From Blastocatellia bacterium (GTDB lineage Bacteria > Acidobacteriota > Blastocatellia > RBC074): DNA of 64,000 nt. The translations under genes and the position numbers were made by a program. The first letter of the stretch is position 1. Each line of letters begins with the position of its first letter. The DNA lies in contig JBMOHS010000001.1 of assembly GCA_049317725.1 (NCBI GenBank), positions 352 through 64,351 of the forward strand, written 5' to 3'. The notes under the pieces are model-generated. The model was not told where the DNA came from. It did no database searches and saw nothing but the letters and a program-made list of their open reading frames with translations. Of the stretch, positions 1-12,589 are shown one piece after another.

Positions 1-144
1 ACCGATCACCGCATCGGCCTGACTCTTCACCAGCTCGACCTGATCATGGAGGGGGGGATCGACGAGCTGATCGAGGCGGTCGTCACCCACTACCAGACGG
101 AGAAGCTGAAACAGGAGACGGAACGCCAAGTGGCCATCGCCTAG
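1..144 (+). CDS. prfA: peptide chain release factor 1, C-terminal fragment (gene continues upstream of window)
   Basis: Frame-1 translation [36 protein letters not shown] matches the conserved RF1 C-terminus. Stop TAG at 142-144. Directly upstream of prmC, as in the canonical prfA-prmC operon. Confidence 0.8.
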   Translation, partial: TDHRIGLTLHQLDLIMEGGIDELIEAVVTHYQTEKLKQETERQVAIA

Positions 145-172
145 GAAGAGGCGGTCAGGAGAGGCAGGCCCC

Positions 173-1069
173 ATGCCGACCTATGCGGAGACCTTGCGGG
201 AGGCCGCGCAGCGGCTGCGGATGGCATCGGTGCCCAACGACCTGCTCGATGCCCAGTCCCTCCTCGCGCACACCCTTGGCCAAGACCGGACCTACCTGAT
301 TGTGCACTACCACGAAGAGGTGCCCACCGCGGTCCTCCCCGCATTCTGGCGCTTCGTCGAACGGCGTTGTGCAGGGGAACCCCTGCAGTACATCACCGGG
401 CGACAGGCCTTCTTCGGGCTCGACTTTGAAGTGACCTCAGCCGTTCTGATCCCCCGTCCGGAGACCGAACTGATCGTCGAGGAGATCCTGCGCTTGGCCA
501 GCGCCGAGCAGTCGGGAGGGGAGGCGCAGAACCTGTCGCCACTGGTGATCGACGTGGGAACAGGCTCGGGATGCCTTGCCATCGCGATTGCCCGCGAGCT
601 GCCGCAGGCACGAGTCTTGGCCGTGGACCGCTCCTTCGCGGCGCTCGAGGTTGCCGTTCGCAATGGACGTCGCCATCAAGTGACCGACCGCGTGCAGTGG
701 ATCGTCGGCGACCTGTTGGAGCCGGTCGAGGAGCGCCCGTTGGCTTGGGCGATCGTGTCGAATCCTCCCTATCTTGCCGTCGGAGAGATCGCCGGGTTGG
801 CGCGCGAGGTGCGGGAGTGGGAGCCGCGGATGGCGCTGACGGATGGAGGAGATGGACTGGACTTTCACCGTCGATTGCTTCGAGAGGCGCCCAGCCGATT
901 GGCCGAGGGTGGGTATCTCCTGATCGAACTGGGCTACCAACAGAGTGCCGCAGTTCTCGAAATGGTCGATCCCGAGACCTGGGAAGCGCCCCGGGTGCTC
1001 CCAGACCTGCAGGGAATTGCGCGAACCCTCGTGCTGCACCGCCACCGTAGCCCAAAGGACACCCCCTGA
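173..1069 (+). CDS. prmC: release factor glutamine N5-methyltransferase PrmC/HemK
   Basis: 298 aa. SAM motif [15 protein letters not shown] and catalytic NPPY motif. Position directly after prfA. Confidence 0.9.
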   Translation: MPTYAETLREAAQRLRMASVPNDLLDAQSLLAHTLGQDRTYLIVHYHEEVPTAVLPAFWRFVERRCAGEPLQYITGRQAFFGLDFEVTSAVLIPRPETELIVEEILRLASAEQSGGEAQNLSPLVIDVGTGSGCLAIAIARELPQARVLAVDRSFAALEVAVRNGRRHQVTDRVQWIVGDLLEPVEERPLAWAIVSNPPYLAVGEIAGLAREVREWEPRMALTDGGDGLDFHRRLLREAPSRLAEGGYLLIELGYQQSAAVLEMVDPETWEAPRVLPDLQGIARTLVLHRHRSPKDTP

Positions 1070-1070
1070 G

Positions 1071-1898
1071 ATGGCACGTCGACCCAGGACTCCCAGCTCA
1101 CCGATCAATGACCTCGACCTGCGCCAGTGGCGGGAATATCCGGAGATTCTGACCGATTCGCTCTGGACCTTTCCGGAGAGGGATCGTTCCGGCGCCCACT
1201 TGGCGAACTACCACGGCAACTTCATTCCCCAGATCCCGCATCAGGCACTGCGCCGCTACTCCAAGAGTGGCGACGTCGTGCTCGACCCGTTTCTCGGATC
1301 GGGCACGACACTCATTGAGTGCCGCCGTCTGGGAAGGCACGGGATCGGGATCGAACTCAATCGGGAGGTCGCGCAGGCCGCCCGCCACCGTATTGCCGAA
1401 GAGCCCGCGCCGGACTCGGTCTCGACCAGCGTTCTCGTCGGCGACAGCAGCGACCTCGAACGAACAAGTCGAAAGATCCAACGGCAACTTCGCCGGATCG
1501 GGCGCTCAGACGTGCAGCTCGCGCTGCTCCATCCCCCCTACCACTCGATCATCCGCTTTTCCGACCATCCGGCAGATCTTTCGACGTGTACCGATCCTCA
1601 GGCATTTCTCGAACGATTTGCCCGGGTCGTCGACCTGACCAGCCGTTTCCTGGCCCCTAATCGCTACCTGGTCCTCGTCATCGGGGACTACTATGAGAAG
1701 GGGACTTGGACCCCGCTCGGTTTTCAATGCATGCAGACGGTCATGGAGCGGGGATATCGTCTCAAGAGCATCGTCATCAAGGATATGCAGGGAAACCGCG
1801 CCAAGCGCAACCTGACCAACATTTGGCGCTACCGCGCGCTCGCTGGCGGGTTCTACATCTTCAAGCACGAATACGTCTTCTTCTTCCAACGGGGATGA
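1071..1898 (+). CDS. class I SAM-dependent N-methyltransferase (DPFLGSGTT motif I then HPPY motif IV; N6/N4 DNA-MTase-like or UPF0020 RNA-MTase-like)
   Basis: ATG at 1071 in frame with ORF 945..1898, 2 nt after prmC stop. The stretch GDVVLDPFLGSGTTLIECRRLGRHGIGIELN resembles the SAM-binding half of N6_N4 MTases. A downstream LLHPPYHSI motif gives gamma-like motif order. Confidence 0.65.
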   Translation: MARRPRTPSSPINDLDLRQWREYPEILTDSLWTFPERDRSGAHLANYHGNFIPQIPHQALRRYSKSGDVVLDPFLGSGTTLIECRRLGRHGIGIELNREVAQAARHRIAEEPAPDSVSTSVLVGDSSDLERTSRKIQRQLRRIGRSDVQLALLHPPYHSIIRFSDHPADLSTCTDPQAFLERFARVVDLTSRFLAPNRYLVLVIGDYYEKGTWTPLGFQCMQTVMERGYRLKSIVIKDMQGNRAKRNLTNIWRYRALAGGFYIFKHEYVFFFQRG

Positions 1899-1916
1899 CG
1901 CGTGCCGAAGACGCCT

Positions 1917-3026
1917 CTAGCGTTGTGGGGGCGGACTGTCGGGCGGATCGTCGACAATCCGGATATCGGTCTCGAATTTCCGATAGAACTTGAAATAGAG
2001 CAGGTTGCGAAAGTACCTTCGCTGGCGCCGATCGGCAATGATGAATTCCGCGCGGATGGGGAGGAGGAAGTCGACTTCGAGGCCGCGCAGTTTGATCGTG
2101 TCGTAATCGACTGAGCTCTCGGAGTTGGTGACGGGATATCCCGCGGGGAGCTGATCGACGGCTTGATCAATGCGCAAGACTTGACGGGTCTCTTCATCGA
2201 TCCAGATGGTCCCACTGTACCCGACAATGATGGTGCGGGCACCCTCGGCGGTGACGCTCAGTTTGGAAAACTCCTGATCGACAGTAAAGTCATAGAGCGC
2301 CGTGGCGCGGTTCCCGAGCCGATCCTTCCCGGCCAGCTTGAAGCGGGTGCGCGTCTCCGGATCGAAGAGCGAGGCGAGGCCCGAGGCGAAATCCCCGGTG
2401 GAGTAGGCGCCGCCGGTCTGTTCGAGGGGTCGCGTGACGGGACGTCCGACGGCATTGATCGGTTTGTAGCTCTCGCGGCGGCGGTTGTAGGTCAGTTCAT
2501 AGGTGAGGACGTCGGCCTTGTCCCAGGCGCCACGGGCCTCGAAGTCGTAGTAGCGCTCGACCACTTGCTGGCAGATGAAGTCAGGCAGTTCATCGAGATA
2601 GTCGCGGACGGCAGTCCGGGTCTCCTCCAGAAACCGATCGACGGGAGGTGGTCCAATCGGGACGATCTTTCCACCGGCGTTGACGAGCGCTTCACCCTGG
2701 CGACGCAGGGTGTTGAGGAGGTGTTGGTGGGCGCCATTGGCCCGCAATCGCTTGATCGCCTCTGGGTTGGGATCGAAGGCAATTCCAATCCGGCTGAGAT
2801 GAGCGGCGAGATCCGCCTCGGTCAGATTGCGACCGACGGAGCGACGCAGGAGGGTAATCAGCTCGGGGAGCGTCACCGGATGGTCGGGCAGCGAGGGCAG
2901 TTGGAGTCCTTGCCCGGAAGCTCCCCCGATTGTTCCGAGAGGCAGAAGCTGACCGAGAACCAACATCGCGAGCAACAAGGTTCGGATCAAGGGGCGGCTT
3001 GGCTTCCTGTTGATCATTGGGGTCAT
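1917..3026 (-). CDS. secreted hypothetical protein (N-terminal signal peptide, no recognised domain)
   Basis: 369-aa ORF. N-terminus [24 protein letters not shown] is signal-peptide-like. Convergent with the upstream methyltransferase gene. Confidence 0.5.
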   Translation of the reverse strand: MTPMINRKPSRPLIRTLLLAMLVLGQLLPLGTIGGASGQGLQLPSLPDHPVTLPELITLLRRSVGRNLTEADLAAHLSRIGIAFDPNPEAIKRLRANGAHQHLLNTLRRQGEALVNAGGKIVPIGPPPVDRFLEETRTAVRDYLDELPDFICQQVVERYYDFEARGAWDKADVLTYELTYNRRRESYKPINAVGRPVTRPLEQTGGAYSTGDFASGLASLFDPETRTRFKLAGKDRLGNRATALYDFTVDQEFSKLSVTAEGARTIIVGYSGTIWIDEETRQVLRIDQAVDQLPAGYPVTNSESSVDYDTIKLRGLEVDFLLPIRAEFIIADRRQRRYFRNLLYFKFYRKFETDIRIVDDPPDSPPPQR

Positions 3027-3277
3027 GATTGGGCTCCTTCATCGATTCCCGGACGTGCCCGAGCGGTTGTCTCGTCCGCTGTCGGCGCGTTTGTCCGGCT
3101 TCCCAGACGAGAGGTATCATTGTTTCCTATCGTTGCGGTCTTTTCAACCGCGTGCCCCGCGAAGTTCGCGTGGCAATTGGTCCGCCTTGGGAGAGATCAA
3201 CGGATGATGCGTCGTGAGGTGCTACTGACGACGCGGGGGAGGGTGCTGTCTTGGGCGAGTGGAGATGGATCAAGCTG

Positions 3278-5629
3278 ATGACGGGCACGTGGACGTGGCT
3301 CATGCTCCTCTGCCTGCTTCTCCTGGAAGAGGGCAATGGAAAGCGGGCAGTGGTTCACGCCGTCGCGCAGGACCGTGCCACTCAGGAGCCGGCTCGCCGG
3401 ACAGACGGAGAGGCGGCCAACACGGCTCCCCCCAAAGAGTCCTTGGTCAACCGCGCCACGCTCCCGGCCGGGATCGACACGGTCTCGAACCATGCTGGGT
3501 GGACTTGGCTTGTCACCGGCCCTTTCGGGGGAGACGTCACGACTTTGGCGATCGACCCTCGGAATCCAGAACGGATGTTGGCTGGAACGGCCGATGGAGT
3601 CCTCTTCCAATCGATCGACGGTGGCGAGACTTGGCGCAGTCTCCAACCAGGGATCGAGTCTCCCGGTGCAACCATCACCGTCATCCACTTCGATCGAACA
3701 CAACAAGGAAGGATCTACGTCGGCGTCAACCCGGTCGTCTCGACACGAGACCGGATGACTGGCGCTCCCATCGGAGGCGTCTTCATCAGCGAGGATGAGG
3801 GGCAAAGCTGGCGTGCAGTGGAGGCGCTGCGGGGCTTCGCGATCCGAGATTTGGCTCAATCGGCCAGCCACCCATCGACGCTCGTTGCCGCCGCTTTCCA
3901 CGGGCTTTTCCGCTCGCGAAATCGTGGGGACGACTGGGAGCGTGTCACGCCAGAGGCACACCGTGACCTTCGCGCAGGGATCCACTCCACGGCCATCGAT
4001 CCGCGAGATCCCAACACCCTCTACGTTGGCACCCATCATCTTCCCTGGAAGACGATGGATGGAGGTTCGACCTGGTCCCTGGCTGGTTCTGCTGAGAGAG
4101 GGATGATCGATGACTCCGACATCTTCTCGATCCATCTTGACGAGACGGCACCGGAGACCGTTCTCATGAGCGCCTGCAGCGGCATCTATCGCTCCCTGGA
4201 TGGCAGTCGGCGTTGGACGAAGTTTCAGGGGATCCCTTTTTCGAGCCGGCGTACCCATCACATCTTCGCCCACCCCACCCGACCCGAGCAACTCTTCGCC
4301 GCGACGACCGAGGGACTGTGGGTTTCGCTGGCAGGCGGCGCGACGGAGAGCTGGCGGCGCGTCACCCCGGAACGATTGATCGTCAACCGGGTCGCGATCC
4401 ATCCCGCACGGCCCGATCGGGTCTTCCTGGCAACAGAAGACCAGGGAGTTCTGCGGAGTATGGACGGGGGGCAGACCTTCACTCCCAGCCGTGATGGCTT
4501 CATTCATCGCCAGGTCAGCGCACTTGTCGCCGACAGAGAGGTCCCGGGCCGTGTCTACGCGGGAGTCCTCTTCGATCAGGGGGAGAGTGGTCTCTTCCTC
4601 AGCATCGATGGTGGGCTTCGCTGGGAACGATCGATGGCCGGACTGGAAGCTGAGGACGTCTACTCGATTCACCAATCCTCAGAGGTCGGCCAACGACTCT
4701 ACGTGGGAACGAATCGGGGCCTTTTCCGCTCGGACGATCGCGGGCGCCATTGGCGGCGTGTCGCGCTCACTCCCCTCGCGTCGATTCCGCAAACTCCCAC
4801 GGCGCGCCCCGTTCGCGCCACGCCCCAACGCCCGGGGAGCAGAGCGGGCTTGGCCAAGCGAACTGCGGCCCCACCCTCTCGTCCGCTCAAGATTGATCTG
4901 CGAGACCAGGTCTACTCGATCATCCCGCTGACGCCAACGGCCGATCCACACGCGGAGCGAGCCGAGGCTCCCCCCCGCAGATCTATCGCGCGGACGTGGC
5001 TGCTCGCCGCCACTTGGGAGGGGCTTTTCCTCACGGAAGAAGAGACCCAGGGTTGGCGCCGGCTTCGACTGACCGAGCCCAGTCGTCTCTCCCGCGAGCC
5101 CCATATCCACACCGTCATCACTCACCCCAAACTCCCAGGGTGGATTCTCATCGGCACCGACGCAGGAATCTTCCTCTCCACCAACAATGGCCACAGCTTC
5201 ATCCGAAGACCAAATCCGGACCCTCACGCCCGGATCCGCCGCCTGGCCATACACCCGGGCACTCCTCCAGCTCTCTATGCCGGTACCTCGGCAGGTTTCT
5301 TCCGTTCTTTTGACGGGGGGGAGACGTGGGAGGGTCGTGGAGGGGGAATGCCACTCCAGACAGATATTGGCGCCTTGCTCTGGGAGGAGCGCGCCCCAGA
5401 TCAACTCTATGTCGCCGATGACTTGCGCGGGACCATCTACTACTCCGCCGACGCGGGCACCAATTGGGAACCCTTTGCGCTCGATCGCCTGCCCAGCCGA
5501 CTGGTCCGCTCTCTGATCGTCGATCCGTTCAATCCTGGGAGGCTCTACCTTGGAACCTTCTCCGGTGGAGTCTATGTCCTGCAACGACCGCCCTTGGCGA
5601 CAGAGGGCCCGGCTGGTTCAGTTCGATGA
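3278..5629 (+). CDS. secreted BNR/Asp-box (sortilin/Ycf48-like) repeat protein
   Basis: ATG at 3278 gives signal peptide MTGTWTWLMLLCLLLL. Many repeated SxDGGxTW motifs (SIDGGETWRSL, TMDGGSTWSL, SLDGSRRWTKF, SMDGGQTFT, SIDGGLRWE, SFDGGETWE, SADAGTNWE). Confidence 0.65.
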   Translation: MTGTWTWLMLLCLLLLEEGNGKRAVVHAVAQDRATQEPARRTDGEAANTAPPKESLVNRATLPAGIDTVSNHAGWTWLVTGPFGGDVTTLAIDPRNPERMLAGTADGVLFQSIDGGETWRSLQPGIESPGATITVIHFDRTQQGRIYVGVNPVVSTRDRMTGAPIGGVFISEDEGQSWRAVEALRGFAIRDLAQSASHPSTLVAAAFHGLFRSRNRGDDWERVTPEAHRDLRAGIHSTAIDPRDPNTLYVGTHHLPWKTMDGGSTWSLAGSAERGMIDDSDIFSIHLDETAPETVLMSACSGIYRSLDGSRRWTKFQGIPFSSRRTHHIFAHPTRPEQLFAATTEGLWVSLAGGATESWRRVTPERLIVNRVAIHPARPDRVFLATEDQGVLRSMDGGQTFTPSRDGFIHRQVSALVADREVPGRVYAGVLFDQGESGLFLSIDGGLRWERSMAGLEAEDVYSIHQSSEVGQRLYVGTNRGLFRSDDRGRHWRRVALTPLASIPQTPTARPVRATPQRPGSRAGLAKRTAAPPSRPLKIDLRDQVYSIIPLTPTADPHAERAEAPPRRSIARTWLLAATWEGLFLTEEETQGWRRLRLTEPSRLSREPHIHTVITHPKLPGWILIGTDAGIFLSTNNGHSFIRRPNPDPHARIRRLAIHPGTPPALYAGTSAGFFRSFDGGETWEGRGGGMPLQTDIGALLWEERAPDQLYVADDLRGTIYYSADAGTNWEPFALDRLPSRLVRSLIVDPFNPGRLYLGTFSGGVYVLQRPPLATEGPAGSVR

Positions 5630-6721
5630 CCGGGACCCGGTTCGCTCTCGAATCCGCTTGAGCACTTGCCGGACCTGTTCGGCGTCGGGCTCCCCACCCG
5701 CTACCTGCAGGTAGGCCTCGAGCTGCTCTCCCGCACGGACCAACTGATCCTGGCGCAGGTACCAGTTGAAGAGAATTTTGCGTCCATACGCAAAAGCACT
5801 TCCGCCTAGCGCAATCGCGCGCGCCACCTCTTTCTCGGCGCGCTCCAAATCGGGCGTCTGCCGAGAGAGATAGGCAATGCCCAACTGAAGATGGGCCATC
5901 GGGTAACTATCCTCAAGGCGGCATCCCGCCTCCAATTCCCGGATGGCCTCCTCGTACTGGCGTTGTCCAACGTAGAGAATTCCGAGATTGATGTGTGGCA
6001 GGACAAATTTCGGATTGATCTGCAATGCGCGCTCGAAGTGGGCGCGTGCCTCTTCCGGTCGGTCGAGCAGGAGATATTGCTCTCCGAGCTTGTTGATCGC
6101 CAACAGATAGTCTGGGTGGAGCTGAAGGGCTTTCTGAAAGAGGGCCAAGGCCTCGGTCGGCTTCTTCTCCTGGGCTCGTTTGAGCCCCTTCTCATAGTTC
6201 TTCCGGGCCTCACGAGAGACGTCCTGCAGATCAGCAACCGAAAGCAGCCTTCCCTTTGGCGCAGCGACGATCTCGGCATCTGGGCTGCGCAAGGTGACTT
6301 GGGCGAGAACGGCGCGTGAGAAGTTCCCGAAGAGCTCGACCGTCTCCTGGGTCGTCTCAAAACGGCGGGTTTGATCGGCGGGCACGAGAATGCGGTAGGT
6401 TCCACTCGGCAACTGACCGAACTCGAAGTTGCCCCCTGTATCGGTAAAGGTCTCCCCGGCCATGCCGCCAGTGCTCACTTCGAGGATGACCCGCACGCGC
6501 TGATCCGGGAGGGTCCCCGAGGGCATGTAGAGCCGACCTCGAATGGAATGGGTAACCCCAGTGGCTCGCCCCGTCGCAGGGGGACTTGCCCCTTGTCCGC
6601 CTCCAGCGGTCTGCGCTACCCCGGTCAAGCTCGCCGAAACAATCCACAAGAATGGCACAACCAGACCAGCCCACTGACGATGGCCACCCGGCCTTCCCCC
6701 TGTCCAACGGATCGTTCTCAT
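5618..6721 (-). CDS. carboxypeptidase-regulatory-like domain plus TPR repeat protein, secreted
   Basis: N-terminal hydrophobic signal. Beta-sandwich region (GRLYMPSG...GGNFEFGQLPSGTYRILV) typical of CarboxypepD_reg. C-terminal TPR-like repeats (EALALFQKALQLHPDY, ARAHFERALQINPKF). Start codon uncertain (6721 or 6766). Confidence 0.55.
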   Translation of the reverse strand: MRTIRWTGGRPGGHRQWAGLVVPFLWIVSASLTGVAQTAGGGQGASPPATGRATGVTHSIRGRLYMPSGTLPDQRVRVILEVSTGGMAGETFTDTGGNFEFGQLPSGTYRILVPADQTRRFETTQETVELFGNFSRAVLAQVTLRSPDAEIVAAPKGRLLSVADLQDVSREARKNYEKGLKRAQEKKPTEALALFQKALQLHPDYLLAINKLGEQYLLLDRPEEARAHFERALQINPKFVLPHINLGILYVGQRQYEEAIRELEAGCRLEDSYPMAHLQLGIAYLSRQTPDLERAEKEVARAIALGGSAFAYGRKILFNWYLRQDQLVRAGEQLEAYLQVAGGEPDAEQVRQVLKRIRERTGSRSSN

Positions 6722-6867
6722 CCTTGTGGCTGGCATCCGATCGTCGCCTCCTTGGGTGCTGACCACTGCTCTTAAAAAAGGGGATTCGTCACCGATGACT
6801 GCCGGATCTCTTCCGCTGCCGGGCAGTTCGGTCAGCGACCGAATCGACAGCCACGCCTTGCCTTCGC

Positions 6868-7179
6868 TCAGTCGAGACCTTCTGGCTCTTCGCCCCCGGC
6901 AGAGGGCAGGTTGATCAACTCTTTCAACTCTTTCCCAGGCTTGAAATAGGGAATTCTCTTGGCGGGGATATCGACCGACTCGCCAGTCTTGGGATTGCGC
7001 CCGCGTCGGGACGACCGCTGTCGAACCCGGAACGACCCAAATCCGCGCAACTCAACCTTCTCCCCGCGATTGAGGGCCTCGACGAGGCTGCGCAGAACCT
7101 CCTCGACGATCACTTCCGAATCTTTTTTGGTCAGGTCAACGACACGCGCGACCTCATTCACCAAATCAGCCTTCGTCAT
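6868..7179 (-). CDS. integration host factor beta / HU-family DNA-binding protein
   Basis: MTKADLVNEVA...GEKVELRGFGSFRVRQRSSRRGRNPKTGESVDIPAKRIPYFKPGKELKE is the HU/IHF fold signature. Lies downstream of rpsA (E. coli has rpsA-ihfB). Confidence 0.8.
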   Translation of the reverse strand: MTKADLVNEVARVVDLTKKDSEVIVEEVLRSLVEALNRGEKVELRGFGSFRVRQRSSRRGRNPKTGESVDIPAKRIPYFKPGKELKELINLPSAGGEEPEGLD

Positions 7180-7213
7180 CGTTCCTCCCTTCGGGTCAGC
7201 GCGTGCCATCGCT

Positions 7214-8164
<951 letters not shown>

Positions 8165-8297
8165 GGAGATCACCTATCGAGGAGAGACCAGCGAAGAGAA
8201 AGAGGAGTCAACGGGAGACTGCCCGGAGAGCGTCCATTCTCCCCGGGCAGTCCGATCGTATTCTCCCTTGATTGCCAAACCGACCCCAATCCTCGGA

Positions 8298-10226
<1,929 letters not shown>

Positions 10227-10429
10227 GGAAAGTGGACTTCCTCCTGAAGAAACTACCCGAGTCGCACACGCAACCCGGTTGGCAGCGGTCAATCTGACCA
10301 TTCTGGTCATCGACGACGTTCATCGACAAAACCTGACCGATGAAATCTGATCGAAAGGAACGACCCACTGCATGGCAAACTGAACTTTCATCATACTCCT
10401 CCCCCGGTTCTTTGCCAATGATCAGCGAA

Positions 10430-10462
10430 CAAAAGAGGGGCAAAAGAGGGGCAAAAGAGGGG
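10430..10462. repeat. tandem repeat, 3 x 11 bp (caaaagagggg) in rpsA upstream region
   Basis: Directly read: caaaagagggg caaaagagggg caaaagagggg, between ispH stop and rpsA start. Confidence 0.9.
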
Positions 10463-10490
10463 CTGGAGTGCGCCCGTCGAAAAGATTGGG

Positions 10491-11360
10491 TCAGGACGCC
10501 AGCGCCGGCTCAGGCGCCTCGACCGCCAGCCGACGAAGACGTTCGACCACCTGCTGGATCATCCAGTCAGGTGTCGAGGCACCCGCACTGACTCCGACCC
10601 GACGGACTCCCCGCAAGGTTGCGGGATCGATCTCACTGGACGTCTCGATGAGAAACGAGGCGGGACAATGCTCCCGCGCTGCCTCGACCAATTTGTTGCT
10701 GTTGGCGCTGTGACGCCCGCCGATGACGAGGAGCAGGTCAACTTCGCGTGAGAGACTCCGGACGGCCTTCTGGTTCTCTTCGGTGGCGTCGCAGATGGTC
10801 TCACAGACCTTGACCTCAGGGGCTCTTTCGCGCAGGGCGTCAATGACCAGCTGATATTTTCGCGGGCTGATCGTCGTCTGGGCAATGACACCGATTTTCT
10901 GAAGGGGAGGCAACGCGCGCACCTCGTCGACCGTCTTGACGGCATAGCCCTGATCGTGGATATACCCAAGGATGCCACGAATCTCCGGGTGGTCCTTGTC
11001 GCCAACGATGACGACCGTATAGCCATCGCGGTGGAGTTCTATCGCCTTGCGCTGGGAGTAGTGGACGTAGGGACAGGTGCCGTCCATGATGCGGAGTCCG
11101 CGCGACTTGAGTTCGTCGTAGGCTTGCGGGGCAACACCGTGCGCCCGGATGATGACAGTGCCAGAGGTGGGAAGGTCGGACTGATCAGCGACGCGGATGC
11201 CATCACGCTGGAGGCGTTCGATCTCCTGCGTGTTGTGAATGAGAGGGCCGAGGGTGACGACAGGTTCTCCAGGATTCTTCTCGATGGCGCGGTAAGCCAT
11301 GTCGACCGCGCGTTTGACCCCCATACAGAACCCAAGACTCTCTGCCAAGACGATTTCCAT
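10491..11360 (-). CDS. ispH: 4-hydroxy-3-methylbut-2-enyl diphosphate reductase IspH/LytB
   Basis: MEIVLAESLGFCMGVKRAV start. Conserved Cys ligands (CMGV, TCPYV, CETICDAT). HNTQE and SANSNKL motifs. Confidence 0.9.
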   Translation of the reverse strand: MEIVLAESLGFCMGVKRAVDMAYRAIEKNPGEPVVTLGPLIHNTQEIERLQRDGIRVADQSDLPTSGTVIIRAHGVAPQAYDELKSRGLRIMDGTCPYVHYSQRKAIELHRDGYTVVIVGDKDHPEIRGILGYIHDQGYAVKTVDEVRALPPLQKIGVIAQTTISPRKYQLVIDALRERAPEVKVCETICDATEENQKAVRSLSREVDLLLVIGGRHSANSNKLVEAAREHCPASFLIETSSEIDPATLRGVRRVGVSAGASTPDWMIQQVVERLRRLAVEAPEPALAS

Positions 11361-11379
11361 AGCTGAATCCTCTCTCACC

Positions 11380-11412
11380 TTCCAATCTAACTTTCCAATC
11401 TAACTTTCCAAC
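11380..11412. repeat. tandem repeat, ~2.5 x 13 bp (ttccaatctaac+t) immediately upstream of ispH
   Basis: Directly read: ttccaatctaac t ttccaatctaac t ttccaac. Lies within the 380-bp rluB-ispH intergenic region. Confidence 0.85.
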
Positions 11413-11757
11413 TACTGCACGGTTCTGACCTGCCAGACATCTCCTCATGAAGGTCCGAACTGGTTTCGCTGTTGTCGAACGACCCGAATCGTGGCATGTC
11501 CAAGAGCGGACGACGTACCGTTCGGAGAGTTCCCCCAAAAGCATCAGCCAAGGACGTGGCGTGAATCTTACTCACGGGTCAGCACCGGTCGGAAGCAGCG
11601 TGCACCGGCTATGCGGGCGAGGCAGTTGGACACTGGCTTCAGACGGGCCTCGGACTGGTCGAAGGTCGCGTTGGCGCGCGAGTCGGAGGTCTCACCGGTT
11701 CGGATACACGTCACCCGACATAGAGACAATAGACTCTACTGGCAGGAGAAAAGGATG

Positions 11758-12535
11758 TCAAGCAGGGCTTTCGGGCCGTTTACGGGAACGGGTGCGTTGG
11801 GGAGGGGGGACGGGGGCCTTGTACTGAAAGAACCGCTTGACTTCAGCCGGGAGAAGGTGGCGAAACTGGCCGGGGGCGAGCGATTCGTGGTCGAGAAACC
11901 CGATGGCGATGCGGCGCAGTTTGAGGACGGAGTGGCCGATCGAATCGAACATGCGCCGGATCTGCTGGTTGCGGCCTTCAAAGAGCGTGACCCGATACCA
12001 AGCGTTGGTGGTGCTCTCTTCGATCAGTTCGATGCGGGCCGGGGCGGTGCGCGTGCCCTCGAGGATCACGCCGCGTTGGAGTTGGAGGATCTGCTGGTGG
12101 CCGGGTTTGCCTTTGACCTTGACCTCATAGACCTTGGGGACCTGTTTCGAGGCGTGGGCGATGAGTTGGGTGAAGGCACCATCGTTGGTGAGGAGCAGGA
12201 GTCCTTCGCTCTGGAAGTCGAGGCGTCCGACGGGATGGACCTTGTCACGGTAGGGGCCGAGGAGATCGATGACCAGCGGCCGTTGAAGCGGGTCGGAACG
12301 GCTGGTGAGAATGCCGGCCGGCTTGTTGAGCAGCAGGTAGAGCTTCTCCTGACGATCGAGTTTGGGGTTGATCAGCTTGCCGTGGACCTTAATGTGATCC
12401 CGTTGAGGATCGGCCTGGGTCCCCAGTTGGGTAATGACTTGGCCGTTGACGGTGACGGCGCCGGTGACAATCAGCTCCTCGGCCTTGCGGCGGGAAGCGA
12501 GACCGGCGGCGGCGATGATCTTCTGGAGTCGTTCC
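11758..12535 (-). CDS. rluB: 23S rRNA pseudouridine synthase, RsuA/RluB family
   Basis: S4 domain (MERLQKIIAAAGLASRRKAEELI), catalytic VGRLDFQSEGLLLLTNDG motif, basic C-terminal tail. Confidence 0.85.
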
Positions 12536-12589
12536 ATCCGGAAGGAGCCTCTCGGTTTCAGGGGAGTGTGCGCCTCCCCTGGGGGGGGG

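Noticed and set aside
571-1050. Alternative-frame ORFs inside prmC (for example 571..1050+, 393..1055-)
   Set aside because: They are embedded in a gene with unambiguous PrmC motifs. Their translations are Arg/Pro-rich with no motifs.
945-1070. Upstream extension of the methyltransferase ORF (945..1898) overlapping the last 125 nt of prmC
   Set aside because: The extension is in a different frame from prmC and has no motifs. An ATG at 1071, 2 nt after the prmC stop, gives a complete protein, so the extension is a high-GC open frame.
11590-11625. GGUCGGAAGCAGC stretch resembling the GGAA-tetraloop/AGCAGC region of bacterial SRP (4.5S) RNA domain IV
   Set aside because: Flanking sequence cannot form the closing helix (C-G then U-C mismatch around GGAA). 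The complementary 3' strand and the long terminal stem expected for SRP RNA are absent. Kept only as part of the long-intergenic-region finding.
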